From: Lama guanicoe
Taxonomy: Eukaryota
Assembly: GCA_013239625.1 (NCBI GenBank)
Contig: MU053933.1
Location: 746,001-810,000, forward strand
Direction of reading: 5' to 3'
Length of the DNA stretch: 64,000 nucleotides
Shown here one piece after another: positions 33,999 to 47,553 of this stretch (position 1 is its first letter; every line of letters starts with the position of its first letter). The position numbers and the translations under genes are program-made. The notes below the pieces were generated by a model. The model searched no databases and was not told the origin of the DNA. It saw nothing but the letters and a program-made list of their open reading frames with translations.

Positions 33999-35354
33999 GA
34001 CCCACCCCACACTCCCCATAAGGATGTCTCCACTTTATTTTTTACGTTCTTAATCATCAAATTCCCTATCATTTTTCCTTTTTCTGTTTCAATCACTCTC
34101 TGGCTACGTCCACACAGGCAGAAAGAGGCAGAAAATTGTCTCCCTTCTGTGAGTCCCTGGGCTCCGCCGAACCCACCCACACACCCAGGAAGACCTTCCT
34201 GCCTCAAGGTCCTTAACTTAATCCCATCTGCCAAGTCCCCTTTGCCCTGGGACGTAGCACACTCACAGGTCAGAGGTGAGGGTGGGGACATCTTGGGGGC
34301 CACTCTTCAGTCTGCCGCACCCCCAAGTCCTTCCAAGGCATGTCAGGGCTGCTCAAATAGAGGCCCGGGTGTTGGGGTCTGGGTTCCCGCTTCACTAGGT
34401 CTCAATTGTCTTCTCCTTTTCTCCCCTTCAGGCTAGAGGAGGAGGGATGGGCGCTTCACAAATGGAAGGAGTGGGTCCCGCCCCAACTAACAGGAAGGAG
34501 AGACCAGAGAAAGGACTCCCCCTTTCCCCCCACCAGGGCAGTGAAGCCTCCAGAGATGGTGTGAATTCAGTGATGCCCTGAGTTTGATAAAGTTGGTCCA
34601 GGCAGTGGATGAGGGACCCCAGGGGTGTCCTCTCACCCCGGCCCTGCTCAAGAAAAAAAAAGCCCTCCAAGTGCTCGGGGGTTGGGGGGGCATCATCGTC
34701 CCTGGAGGTGCCCCCCCATCCCCCTGTTTTCTCTCCTGGACACCCTGGTGCCACATCAACCTTGCTAATTCTGATGATGAATAGAAACTTGAGGAATGGC
34801 GCAAACGAGGTCTAAATCGAGGTCTCTTCTTTGGGGGTGGTCCACGTGATGTCCAGATTCACCCTCTCAGGGGTGAGGCATCTGGGTCTCGTACCCCTGG
34901 GCGATGAAGGGGCAGACAGCCACCTCCTCCTTGCTGGGCTGCTGATGAGGATTTACAAGGCACAGCGAGGGGGGTTCGCATCTCAGAGCTCGAGGTGCAG
35001 GATGCAGGAAACACCGCTTTCTTTATATTCTGTGATTCTGGTTCTGACCAGCCCCCCTTCTGCTGCAGTGGCAGAAAAGCCCACTTCTGTCACTCTTAGC
35101 TTCCAGAATAAACCTCACTGTGGCTCTTTCGGAAGATAGGAGGTGGCCGGCCTTGGGCTGGGCTGCAAGGAAATCGAGGGGCCGAGCCGGCGCCTGACGG
35201 AGGAGCACGTGCCGCGGGGGTCGGGGGCCGCCGAGCCCTGACAAACACTCTGCTGTGTTTATCTGAGAAGACAGAGCAATCATACTCCTCCACGGAAGCA
35301 AGTCTGATTTTAGAACCAAATTTGAGCTGCTTTAGCGATGAGTTATGTTGGTAA

Positions 35355-35600
35355 ACTTTAGGGCTGACTTGTGTCCCTTGCAAAACTCCTAAGTCCTAAC
35401 GCTGAGCACTTTAGAGAGTGACTTTTTTTGGAGAGAGGGCCTTTAAAGAGGTGACGAGAGTGAAACAAGGTCACTGGGAGTGGTGCTAATCCAAGATGGC
35501 TGTGGTCTTCACAAGAGGAGACGGAGACACATGCGCACACAGAGGGGCGGCCCCATGGGACACGGGAGAAGACGGCCACCTACACGCCATGGAGACAGGC
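35355..35600 (+). mobile_element. MLT1A/B-like LTR, 5' part
   Basis: GGGCTGACTTGTGTCCC...TTTGGAGAGAGGGCCTTTAAAGAGGTGA...CTAATCCAAGATGGCTG. Confidence 0.75.
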
Positions 35601-35760
35601 CTTGTTCTGTCGTCTGCTGTCACTAACCACTGCTTCTTTCAAAGAGTGCAATAGTGACCGTGTGCCAGTTCACCACCAGCCTGGGGACCCAGGCAGGGGG
35701 TGGTAGCCAGTCGTCTCTGTGACAGTGATTCACCTGCAAACCTGCTCTGTTCATGTAGCC

Positions 35761-35970
35761 CAGGGTTTCCTGACCTCCACACTATCGACCCTGGTGGAGG
35801 GGGTTCTTTGCTGCAGAGACCGTCCTGTGCCCTGCAGGATGTTTAGCAGCGTCCCTCGTCTGGGCCCAGTAAGATACCAGTAGCACTCTTCCTCGTTGTG
35901 GTAACAAAAACTGTCTCCAGACGCTGCCAGTGTGCTCGGGGAGCAAAATCACCCCAGCTGAGGGCCGCTG
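35761..35970 (-). mobile_element. MER20 (hAT-Charlie) DNA transposon
   Basis: CAGGGTTTC...GTCCTGTGCCCTGCAGGATGTTTAGCAGCGTCCCT...TGTCTCCAGACGCTGCCA...GCAAAATCACCCCAGCTGAG. Confidence 0.85.
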
Positions 35971-36671
35971 ATGTGCTCCGTCCCCAGGATGCCGAGAGCC
36001 CTGTAAACCAGTGACGCTATGTCAAGGCCCTCGAGAATTCCGTGACATGCACGCGCGCGCCCATGGGGCCCTGCTGGGTGTACGTGCTCCTGTGGAGGTG
36101 AATGTCAGAACAAACGGGTCCCTGTCTTGAGGTGAGCAGCTTGTGATGCTCTGAAGGGCAGGGTTCTGTGAGTCGGAGGACGAGGAAGTCCAGGTGTGCC
36201 CTGTGAACAGGTACGTGAGCCTGGGGGGGTGGGAGGGGGAGCAGAGCGGAGGGGTGGACATGTTCCATCGAGTGGGTCCTTCTATCCTGGTGGCCAGGTC
36301 CTGATGAACAAGCCCCACCTAGTTTCTGGTCTTTTAGTCCATTTGATGGAGTCATCCAACCAAAGTCCAGAACTTGCAAGTGTGCCATGGGCACCAAATG
36401 ACTGTAGAGTCCTTGGACCCAGTGCTGGGTCCCAATACAGAGGAATCTTCTCTGCAGCTCCCCTGCCCACTCTCCCCACTCCCCACAGACCCCAAGGGCC
36501 AGCAGACAGTGGCTGCTCACACATTAATGGAATTGCAATTAGCAGTTTCCAGTAGGGAAGGAGACACTAATTTCTCAGCATCTATGAACATCAACAACAG
36601 CATTGCTTGGAGGAATTAAACTGGGTTCAGGAGACCTGGGCTTGAGCTCCGAGTCTGTCCTTAAGTCATGC

Positions 36672-37292
36672 TTATGCAGGAAAAATGGATGTGGGGCGTG
36701 AGAAGGGCCGTGTCCCAGGCTTCGTTTGAAGTATGGGCCCTTGGCTTCGCGCAGAAAAGAATTCAAGAGCCAGCCACAGTTGAGTGAAGGTAGATTTATT
36801 TAGAGAGACACATTGAAAGGCAAGAAAAAGACCACAAGGTGTGGGGAGTTGAGTGCTCACATTAGAGTAAAAGTAGGTGCACACTCCATAGACAAGTGCG
36901 AGTCGTCTCCAAAATGGGAGAGAGGGAGGAGGCGCGGGCAGCAAGGCACTGTGTTGCCAGTTTTTTGGGGCTCAGTGTCTTCACATGCTAATAAGTGGAA
37001 GGACCAGTCTAAGTAGCCTGGGGAAGGGGCTGGGAGTCCCAGGAAGTTGGCCATTTCCCACTCTAAGACCTTCCGTGGCTAGCTAGAGTTGGAGCTGTCA
37101 TGGCACCTGTGGGCATGTTACTTACCATGTTAATATATTACAATGAGTGCATAATGAAGCTCAAGTTCTGCTAGAAGTCAGATCTCCCACCACCTTGAGC
37201 CTCAAGGCCTCCTGGGGGCTGAACCCTCCACCGTTTTGATGTTAATTGCTGTAGCATTCCTGACCAGCTATGCCCTGCCCCCTTCTGGCCTC
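36672..37292 (-). mobile_element. ERV1-like solo LTR, apparently inserted into a MIR-like element
   Basis: CTTGGCTTCGCGCAGAAAAGAATTCAAGAGCCAGCC then TTTATT (antisense poly(A) signal); ends GCCTCA. Confidence 0.7.
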
Positions 37293-38361
37293 AGGTATGA
37301 CCTCTTTGAGCCTCCAGCTCACTGCAGTAGGGTAGGTGGGCTGGCACAGCGTCCCGCCTCTGCTCTGGAGGAAGGGTCGTCCTCTTAGCTGTGAGCGTAG
37401 AGGGGCTGATCTGAAGTGTCTGCAGTATTTGTCAGTTTCCATGGGGGAAATGCTCCCATCGTGGCCAATTTTGAGCCACCAGCATTTCAACAGTTGATTT
37501 AAAAAATGCCTGAGAATTTTAAAATCTGCTCTCCCAAGCCGCTCTTGGGAGAGGGTCAGCTTTGGTGAGAAGACGCTTCGGTTGCCCTGCGGGCACCAGC
37601 CCAGCCACATGGTTCAGGCTGGTGCCCACTTCCTGCTGAGAAAGGCAACAGTCTCATCCACAAAAAGGGGAAGGACAGAAAGGGGCCAGGTCAGGAGGAA
37701 AGACTGAGAAGAAGAGCCGGGCCAGTGCTGTGTGCTGAGCACTGGGCAGACAGTGGGCTCCCAGCACCCCCCGGGGTTGTGTCTCTTCTGGGCTCCCCAT
37801 CCAGCCGGTGACTTGGTTGCGGGGACTGTGCCGGGAGGGAGCCCCACCCCTCCCTCTACCCAGCCTCCCTGTTCAACTAGCTTTTGCCTGCTTCCACCCC
37901 CACCCCCGACCCCCGACCCCGCTGACTCAGCCACACTAGGGGACCACAGGCGCTGTGGGCTGGGAGTGTGGATGAGCTGGGCCAAGCCTGCTCTGGGGCC
38001 AAGCGCTCACCCCAGGCTCCCACCCCATGATGGTCCCTGCCACCACTACCCAGCGAGGGCGGAGAGAAGAGCCGCGGCCCCGCCTGGCTGGGACCTCTTC
38101 TGTTGTTTTGGCATCTGTAGGATTCTTGATTGTCTGTCCCACCTGGCACGTGTAGAGCATAGAGCAGGACCTGGAGTTGGCTGTTTGCAGCCGTGATTGG
38201 GGTGGGTGACGCATCTGCCCAAAAGTCACTTCAGAGCAGGTGACGTAGCCCAGGCTGGCCCTTAGGTCCTGGCAGTGCAGCGTAGCTGCAAGGAGCACAC
38301 ATTTAAAGTCAGAAAACTCCAAGTCGAGCCCAGGCCCGACACTAACCTACTCTGTGACGTG

Positions 38362-38847
38362 TGTCTGCCGAGATAGATGCACAGTGCTATTCCGTGAACG
38401 TTTCTGAGGACTTGAACCCCTTGAGCTGGGATGACAGCCTCTCAGATGGCTCTGAGGGGTGGCTCCGAAGAAGGAGGGGAGGAGCCAGGATATATAGGAG
38501 CTTTTATAACAAAAGCCAGGTAGTCAGAACATCGAAAGATTGTCGTTAATTAAAGAAAACCAGACATCTCAAGTTAAAGAATTTAGCGCTTTTCTATGTG
38601 TGGGAAGGTGCAAAATTCTGGGCTCACTGAAAACATTCCTCTATATGCACCTGGCTGTCTAGGGCCAGGGTCCTGTTCTTTCCCATCCTGCGTCCCCTCA
38701 GGGGGCACAGCTGAGAGTGGCTGCAGAGGCCGGGCTGCCTGCTTGTCTGCGTCCCGGGTTCCCTCCGCTCACTGTCGGGGTGATTGATGACTTTACAGCT
38801 GCAGCATCCTTTGTTTACTGATATGGCTGCAGTATTTTGCATTCGCA
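38362..38847 (-). mobile_element. Solo LTR of the same family as 128-605 (copy 2), splitting a MIR
   Basis: GTTAATTAAAGAAAACCAGACATCTCAAG is the reverse complement of the copy 1 core. Flanks CTCTGTGAC and CTGGAGTAAGTTGTTTAATTCTCTAAACCTC rejoin as a MIR core. Confidence 0.85.
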
Positions 38848-40112
38848 CCTGGAGTAAGTTGTTTAATTCTCTAAACCTCTATTTTCTCACCTATAAAATA
38901 TGAACATGCATTAGTAGCATCTTCACAGGACTGTTGTAGGGAAAGGGTAAGCAAGGCTGTTAACAGAAAGTTTCAGCATAACGCCTCCAACACAGCGATC
39001 TCAGTTTGGGTTGAGAGCTCTGTTATTCGGATTACCAAGAAAGCCAGTCACACTATTACCTAGATGCTCTCCTCTGCCTGGCCCTGGAGAGCGCAGATGT
39101 GGGGTGTTCCGTGGCTCTGCGTGGGGCTTTGTGAAAGCCAAGACAGCAGGAAATGGCACTTAGAAACCTGACTTAGATCTGTGTTTTGTATGCACTTGGA
39201 TGTAGAAGAATTATATACAAAAAAAAGGAAAATAGTAATTTGCTGTAATCAGAAAGCCAGAGCACTTTAGAAGGGAAAAGCAAGTCAAAGAATGGCTCCT
39301 GAAAAGACCCGGATGCCCAATAATAGTAGCTTCACAGAATGCTGCTTATTTTCCTGAATTGCTTTCTATTCTTTCCATTTTTGCCTGTAATAAGAAGAGC
39401 AAGTGATACCATCTCGGTGTTAGAGCGGGAGTAAGCGGAAGACGTGGCTTCCCAAGCCAGCCTTGTAAGCGGTGGGGCCCCGGTGGGAAGAGACGGCACC
39501 AGGTTAGAAAAATATAGGTCCAGAGTCAACAGTGAAATTGGGGGAAAGTGACTCGGAGCCCAGAAGGAACCGTTGTGGGGTTTTTCTTCTCACCATAAAC
39601 AACTGGAAAGCTGGCCAAAAATACATGAAGCAAGTTTTTTCAGCTATTGCACAACAGGCAGTGCAAGACTGTGATGTTGAAAAGGGAAGGAAATGGAAAT
39701 GAGCCTTAAGACCACTGCAGCTTCCTACGAGAAGTAATTTCCAAACCACAGAGCAGGGAGGGGCAATATAAACAGAACCCTGAGACCTTACAGAGTTGAG
39801 GAGACAAAAGTTGACATTTGGGGAAGATGAGGCAGGTGGAAACTGTAGAACAGGGTATCCAGGAGGGGGGTGATTGCAGAGAAAGAGGCCTGGAGACTTC
39901 ATGGAGGCCCCCTGAGTCTCTGGCGGACACCAGTCTGAGCGTGAGTAGAGTACAACCCCACCAGGCCAGGCGATGAATAGTCACAAGACTATAGGCAAAA
40001 TGCTTGGCAAAGCTTTACACATGTATGGGACATTTAAGTGCCAACCAGCCAGAGTACAGAGACCTCACTGAATACATACAGCATTTAATAGAGGCAAAAA
40101 AAAACACCTTAC

Positions 40113-40790
40113 ATATCAGTTATGGTCCAATCAGGAGACACAAACTACTCAGTAATTTGAGCAAAAAGTTTAATATAAAGAATGATTAACTATAATAAGG
40201 GCGTAACTCTAAAGACGAAAAGAGAATTCTAAAGAACGTTTTAAGGCTGAGGGAGAATACTCAAGAATGGACAACCTTAGGAGGAGGTCTTCCTCCTCAC
40301 GGCTGGGTTCAGGCATCACTGGAGACAGTATTTGCAGGTCACTGGATGGGAAATAACTTTGCTGGAATTTGCAAATCTGAGCTGGTTCTCAGCAACCGTG
40401 GAAACAGGAAACATCCTCCAAGTACAGACAGGCCAAGGCTGGTGGGCCAGTGTGCAGAGAGAGTTGGGGCATTGGAAACCCATTTGCCAACGAGATGGCA
40501 TAAAACCTGGTGTGCATGGAGTCTATGTTTGGAGGGCCACATCCAGGTGGTCATCAGACTGGGTCAGTCACCACCGACGGTGTTCAGTATAAGAAAAAAA
40601 AAGACAACATGCCAGAATCAGAAAAAGAAGCTCCTTCCTCCTGAATTTCCCTCCAGCACCCTCTGCTGACAGAGCTCAATATTGCGCTCACTGAAGAGAA
40701 GAAATGTTTCAAGCTCCATCATCACAGTGCAGAAGAATGTGGATAAGGAGCTCAGAGGCAATAAATTGACAAACGGCATGAGTCACATCT
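40113..40790 (-). mobile_element. Old ERVL-type LTR within the L1 5' region
   Basis: TATCAGTTATGGTCCAATCAGGAGACACAAACTAC start and CCCTCCAGCACCCTCTGCTGACAGAGCTCAATATTGCG. Confidence 0.5.
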
Positions 40791-43697
40791 CAGTAGCAGT
40801 GGGGCAAAGCCAACCCTAGAGCAAAAGGGTACTTTAGACCTGCTACAGCCAAACTTAAACAAGACTCCAAAAAATCAAGCTGATCTTCAAATAGCTAAAC
40901 TATGAGATAAGAAAAATTCCAATAGTCTTTAAAGAAATACCATAAAACCCTGCACTCAGTATTGGATTAATGACGGCAGATATATAATCAAAAAACTGCA
41001 AGACAGGAAATCAGCCTTTAAGCAACTTGGAGTTACCCGATTGGCTTTCCTTCCTGCCAGAAATGGATAAAATATGACACAATATTTCTCAAGGTATTTC
41101 ACATCAGGCAACAGAGGACAGTGAACCCTGGGAGGGAGAAACAAAAAGGTAGGCCATACAGCTGCCCATCTTACTGCCTGGAGAGAGGATTTCCAGGTCA
41201 CAGTACAGGGAGGGAGAACCTGGGTGAGCCCAGGAGACTCCTTGAGTAGAGGAGATGGGGTGGGAGTTTGCAGAGACAAGGGAGCACGAACTAACCAGTA
41301 CCAGACAAGAGAGCTCCACAAAGAGAACCCAGAGACATGTAGATGGCAAACTTCAATTATTCAGCAGAGCAATTACTTAAGTCAAAATGTTGAGATGAAA
41401 ACTATAATGTCTGAGGCTTAAAAATACACTGGATAGAATTTATGGTAAATTAGACACTGCAGAAGAAAAGACTGGTGAATGTGAGCACATAGCAATAAAA
41501 AACAAACTGAAGCAGAGAGAAAAATGACTAACAATAAATAAACAAACATCAGTGAGGGGTAGTAACAGTGAGCAGGCCAGTATACGAACAACTAGAGTCC
41601 CTGCAAGAGAAGGGGAAAGGAAAAGTATTTTTGAAAAGCAATGGCCAAAATGTTTCTAAATCTGATGAAAACCATAAACCCACAGCCAAGAATTTCAACA
41701 AACTCTAAGCACAAGAAATACAATGAAAACTAAACAAGAAAAGAATATGATCAAATTGTTCAAAACCAGGAATAAAGAGAAATCTTAAATGCAGGTAGAG
41801 TAAAAATATACACAACTTAAAGAGGCACAGATTTAAGAATGACAACAAACTTTGTGTCAGAAACAATGTAAGTGAGAAGAATGTGGAGTAACATCTTTAA
41901 GTACTGAAGGAAAAAACTGTCAACATAGAGTTCTATGCCCAGTGAAAATGTGCGTCAAAAATAAAAGTGAAATAAAAACTTTATCAAATCTAAAATGCTA
42001 AAAAAATTCATCACCAGCTAACCCACATTACAAGAAGTATTAAAAAATTCTTCAGCAGAAGAAAAATAATGCCAGATGGAAATCTGAACGAAACCTACAA
42101 TGATAACTGCACACTTAAGTATATAATATTTATTCTTATTGAGACTATGAGATATGAAAACAAAAATAATAACAATGTAGGATATAGTATCTGTAGAATT
42201 CAAACATAGGGCAACAGTAAGCTGAGAAGAGAGAAACTGAAAGATTATATTGTAGGGTCCTTGTGCTATAATAGCACTTGAAGGCAGACTATGAGGAGTA
42301 AATACGTGTGCTATACAGCCTAAAACAATTGCTAAAAAACAAGACAAAGATATATGTCATAGAAGCCAACAAAAGAGATGAAATGAACCATAAAAATAAT
42401 TCAAAAGAAGACCAAAAAAAAAACCCGCACTAAAGTAACAGTCAGGTTGAAACCTAACCATGTCAATAATACCATTAAATATCAATAGTCTAAACATGCC
42501 AATTAAAAAGCATAGATCAACAGATGAGGTAAATAATGAAGACCTAATTGTATGCTACCTACATGAGACCTCTTTTGTGTATATGTTTTTAATTGTTAGG
42601 AGTAAAAGAATGGAGAAAGATATACCCTACTAACTCTATTCAGCATAAAGCTGGGATGGATGTATTAATATTAAACATTACAGAACAAAGACCGTTATCA
42701 AAGATAAAGAAGTCATATTTAATAATAATTAATGGGTCAACTCATCAAAAGAATATAGCAGCCCCAAACATTTATGCACCCAATAACAGAGCTTCAAAAA
42801 GCGTGAAGCAAAAGCTGATAGAAATGCAAATGTAAGATAGCCTGTCATTCTAGTCATGGATTTCAATCTCTCTCAATAATTGACAAAAACAAGTAGACAG
42901 AAAATAAGTAAGTACATAGAAGCTTGAACACACCATCAACCAGCTTGCCCTAATCATCATTTGTAGACCACTCTACCAAGCAACAGCAGAATTCACGTTT
43001 TTCTCAAGTGCACATGAGCCATTTACTAAGATAGACCACATTCAAGGCTATAAAACAAGTCTTGGTAAATCATGAAATGTATGTTTTCTGACCAAAAAGG
43101 AATTAATTAGAAATTGATAACAGAAAAATATCTAGAATATTTGGAAACTAAATAACATACCTCTAAATAATACATGGATTAACAATGAAATCAAAAGGGT
43201 AATTGGAAAGTTTTGAACCGATTAAAAATGAGAATTTGACATAACAGAAATTGTTAGATGCCATTAAAGCAGAATTTGGAGAGAAATTTATCGCATGTTA
43301 AATGCCATTATTAGAAGAGAAGTCTAAAAATCTATATTAGCTTCCACCCTAAAAGCTAGAAATATAAGAGCAAATTAAACTCAACTTAGGCAAAAGAAAG
43401 GAAATGATAAAGAACCAAGGAGAAATCAATGAAACAGAAAAACTAACAAAATCAATGAAACCAAAATGTGGCTCCTTGAAAACATCATGAAAATGTATAA
43501 GCCTCCAACCAGACTAATCATAGAAAAAAGAAGAGAGAGAGAGAGAACACAAATTACCAACATCAGGAAAGGTGACATTGCTACTGAGTTGATAGATATT
43601 AAAAGACATTATGAACAACTTTGTGCCAACCATTTCTAAAACTTAAATAGAAAATTTCTTAACACAAACTACCAAAGCTCAATCAAGAAAAAGTCAT

Positions 43698-44236
43698 CTG
43701 CTGGATAAAGAAGTTGTGGTATATTTATACAATAGAATACTACTCAGTCATAAAAAATAACAACATAATGCCATTTGCAGCAACATGGATGTCCCTGGAA
43801 ACTGTCATTCTAAGTGAAGTAAGCCAGAAAGAGAAAGAAAAATACCATATGATGTCACTCATATGTGGAATCTAAAAAAACAAAAGAAGAAGAAGAAGAC
43901 AAATGAACTTGTATATAAAACAGAAACAGACTCACAGACGTAGAATACAGACTTGTGGTTGCCAGGGGAAGGGAGTTGGAAGGGGATAAACTGGGAGTTT
44001 GAGATTTGTAGATACTGACAGGTATATATAAAATAGATAAACCACTTTATACTGTATGGCATGGGGAAATATATTCAATATCTTGTAGTAGCTCACAGTG
44101 AAGGGAAGAGTGAGAATGAATATATACATATTCATGTATGATTGAAGAAATGTGCTGTATGCCAGACATTGACACAACACTGTAAACTGACTATAACTTA
44201 ATAAAAAATACAATAAAATTTTTTAAAAAGGAAGAA
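43698..44236 (+). mobile_element. 5'-truncated young L1 3' end
   Basis: CTGGATAAAGAAGTTGTGGTATATTTATAC through an A tail. TSD AAGAAAAA(G/T)TCAT at 43685-43697 and 44237-44249. Confidence 0.9.
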
Positions 44237-44249
44237 AAGAAAAATTCAT

Positions 44250-44775
44250 TCATCCATTCTTCTTTATTCATCTGGAATCAATAAAGAAGATTTGGAATAT
44301 AAATACAGTGGAGTATTATGCAGCCACAAAAGAGAATAAAATAATACCATTTGCAGCAACATGGTTGGACCTGGAGATCGTCATTCTAAGTGAAGTAAAT
44401 CAGACAGAGAAAGACAAATATCATATCACTTATATGTGGAATCTAAAATATGGCACAGATGAACTTATTTACAAAACAGAAACAGACTCCCAAACTTAGA
44501 AAACAAACTTATCATTACCAAAGGGAAAAGTGGAAGGAGGGATAAATTAGGAGCTTGGGATTAACAGATACAAACTGCTATATATAAAATAGATAAACAA
44601 CAAGGACCTACTGTACAGCACAGGAAACTATATTCAATTTCTTATAAATGAGCTGTAATGGAAAAGAATATGAAAAAAATATATATGTAGGCATATGTAT
44701 AACTGAATTCCTTTGCAATACACATGAAACTAACATTTTTAATTGACTACAATAAAAATAAGAATTAAAAAAAGA
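44250..44775 (+). mobile_element. Second 5'-truncated L1 3' end with a short inverted 5' segment
   Basis: ORF 44308-44499 MEYYAATKENKIIPFAATWLDLEIVILSEV and an A-rich tail at ~44750-44780. Confidence 0.88.
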
Positions 44776-45319
44776 AAAAATCTTCTGAACAGTCTTATAT
44801 TTAATAACAGAATTGAATTTATAGTTAAAAACTATTTTGCAAAGAAAAGTACAGGTCTAGATGATGTCAGTGTTGAATCCTGCCAAACAATGAAGGAAGA
44901 AATGATGCCAATTCTAAACAAACTCTTCCAGAAAATTGAAGAGAAAGGAATGCTTACCAAGCTATTCTATGATGCGAGCATTATCTTGATAATAAAACTA
45001 GAGAAACACATTTCAAAAACAGAAAATTACAAATAAATATCCTTCATAAACATAGATCTAAAACTTACTATCAAAATTTTAGCAAATCAAATATAACAAT
45101 ATATGGAAAGGAGGATATATCCTGATCAAGTGTTGTTTATCCCAGGAATGCAAATATTTAAAAAAAAAACTGTAACTCACTACATTAACAGCTGAAAAAG
45201 GAAAACTGTATGATCATTGCAATAGAGACAAAAAAGAAATCTTGACAAAAATCCTCATCTGAGAAAAAAACTCTCAGCAAACTGAGAAGGGAATTTATCA
45301 ACTTGAAAAAGGGCATCTC

Positions 45320-45441
45320 CAAAAAAAAAGAAAAATAGAAAATAAAGAGAGGGGAAGAGAGAGAGAGGGAGGAAGAAAAGAAGGAAGGAAGGGAGGAAAG
45401 AAGGAAAGAAAGAAGGAAAGAAAGAAGGAAAGAAAGAAAGA
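45320..45441. repeat. GA-rich low-complexity tract
   Basis: (GAAA/GGAA)n purine run. Confidence 0.9.
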
Positions 45442-46273
45442 AACCTAGAGCTATCACAACAGTTAATGATGTAAGACTAAATGTTCTCCCCATAAGATCA
45501 GGAACAACATGTAACATGGCACTGGAGATTCTAGCCAGTTTAAAATATGGCAAGAAAAAAATAATAATAAAAGTCATTCAAATTAGAAAAGAAGTCATAA
45601 CATTTATCCTATCCAGAGATGAAATAATCATCTATATAGAAAATCTGATGGAATCCACCAAAAAGTCTCTTAAAATTAAGTGAGTTTTAAAAAAAATTAA
45701 GTGAGTTCAGCGAGGTTGAAGAATACAAAATCAATAATCAAAGCTCAGTTATGTTTCTATACACTAGCAATGAACAATCAGCAGGTAAAATTAAAAACAG
45801 TATCACCTAGCATTAAGAAAAGATGGAATACTTAGAGATTACTCACTGGAAAAAAATATACAACCTAAAATTGAGAATTATATTTTATTCAGCAGACTTA
45901 TTTAGAACTTAAGCCCAGGAGACAGGTTCTCAGACAGCTCTGAGGGTTTGTTCTGAAGAAGTGAGGGAGGACCCAGGATATATGGGAGTTTTTGCAACAA
46001 AAACCAGGTAGTTGGAGACGAGACCAAGATGGAGGAGGAGTAGGATGCTTGTAGCTCACCCTCTTCCACAGATACACCAAGACTCACATCCACGGACCCA
46101 CTCAGCCAACCAGAGCACCTGCGGAACTCCGACAGAACATTGTCCTCTTCAAAAGACAAAGACGCCAAAAATCTGTTCTATTCCTACATAGGCATTAGAT
46201 AGATAAATAAATAAACTCCTTTAAGGACCACAATAGATAACTGATACTCTATAAGCCACAGTGCCAGAGAGAT

Positions 46274-47176
46274 ATGAGCAAGAAGAAGAAGCAGAGAAAC
46301 CATTCCCAATTAAAAGAACAAGAGAAATCCCCTGGAAGAACGATCAATGAAATAGACATCGATAGCCTACTAGATCAAAATTTCAAAAAGGGAGTGATCA
46401 AAGTGTTGAAGGAACTAAAAGAGATAGTGTTTAGAGATATAAAATATCTCAAAAATGAAATTGAAGCTATAAAAAAGAGCCAAGTAGAATTAGTAAACTC
46501 ATTGGCTGAGATGAGACTGGATCTAAAGGCTGTGCAAAGCAGACTAGATAATGCAGAGGAATGAATTAGTGACCTAGAAGATAGGACAACAGAAAGCACC
46601 CAATCAGAACAACTGCAAGATAAACAAATAAAAACAAATGAAAGCAACATAAGGGACCTATAGGATAATATAAGCGTCCCAATCTTCACATAATAGGGGT
46701 TCCAGAAGGGAAAGAAAGAACAAAGGGGACTGAAAAAGTATTTGAAGAAATCATGACTGAAAACTTCTCAAACCTAAAGAAGGAATCAGATATCCAAGTA
46801 CAGGAAGTTCAAAGGGTCCCAAACAGGAAGAACCCAAACAGACCCACACCAAGACATATCATCATCAAGATGGCCAGAGTCAAGGATAAAGAAATGATCC
46901 TAAAGGCAGCAAGAGAAAAGTAAAGAGTGAGTTACAAGGGAACCCCCATAAGGCTCTCAGCTGATTTCTCTACACAAACACTACAGGCCAGAAGGAAGTG
47001 GCAAGATATATTCAAAGTCCTGAAAGAAAAAAAGGATGCAGACTAGGATACTTTATCCAGCAAGGCTATCCTTTAGGATAGAAGGAGAGATAAAGAATTT
47101 CACAGACAGGCAAAAACTGAAAGAGTTTAGCAACACTAAACCCATGCTAAAAGAAATATTGAAAGGTCTACTCTAA
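46274..47176 (+). pseudogene. L1 ORF1p, disrupted
   Basis: MSKKKKQRNHSQLKEQEKSP...SRLDNAEE then a premature TGA at 46562-46564; later PTPRHIIIKM motif. Confidence 0.9.
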
Positions 47177-47553
47177 ATAGAAAAGCAGCAGGATGCTACA
47201 GAAATGAGAAACTCATAACTGGAAAGGTGATAATTCATGAATTACAAATAAAATAAACATGAAATTGGAAAAGAAGACATCAAAATCATTAAGAGTGGGA
47301 GAGGGAAGCAAGAAAATATAAAGTATTTTTTTTCTTTCTTTTTAAAATTTTTTGTTTTCGGTAGGATGGGTTCGAGATATAGTAATGGGCTAATAGACTT
47401 ACAGAAAAGGGTAACCACAAGCCAAAAATTTACAAGGGAGTCACAAAAACTAAATAAAATCCACGATAATACAAAGGAAAATTACCAGACCACAAAAGGA
47501 AGAAGAAAGGAACAAAGAGGATATACCAATTCAACTGCAAAGATAAGTTCAAA

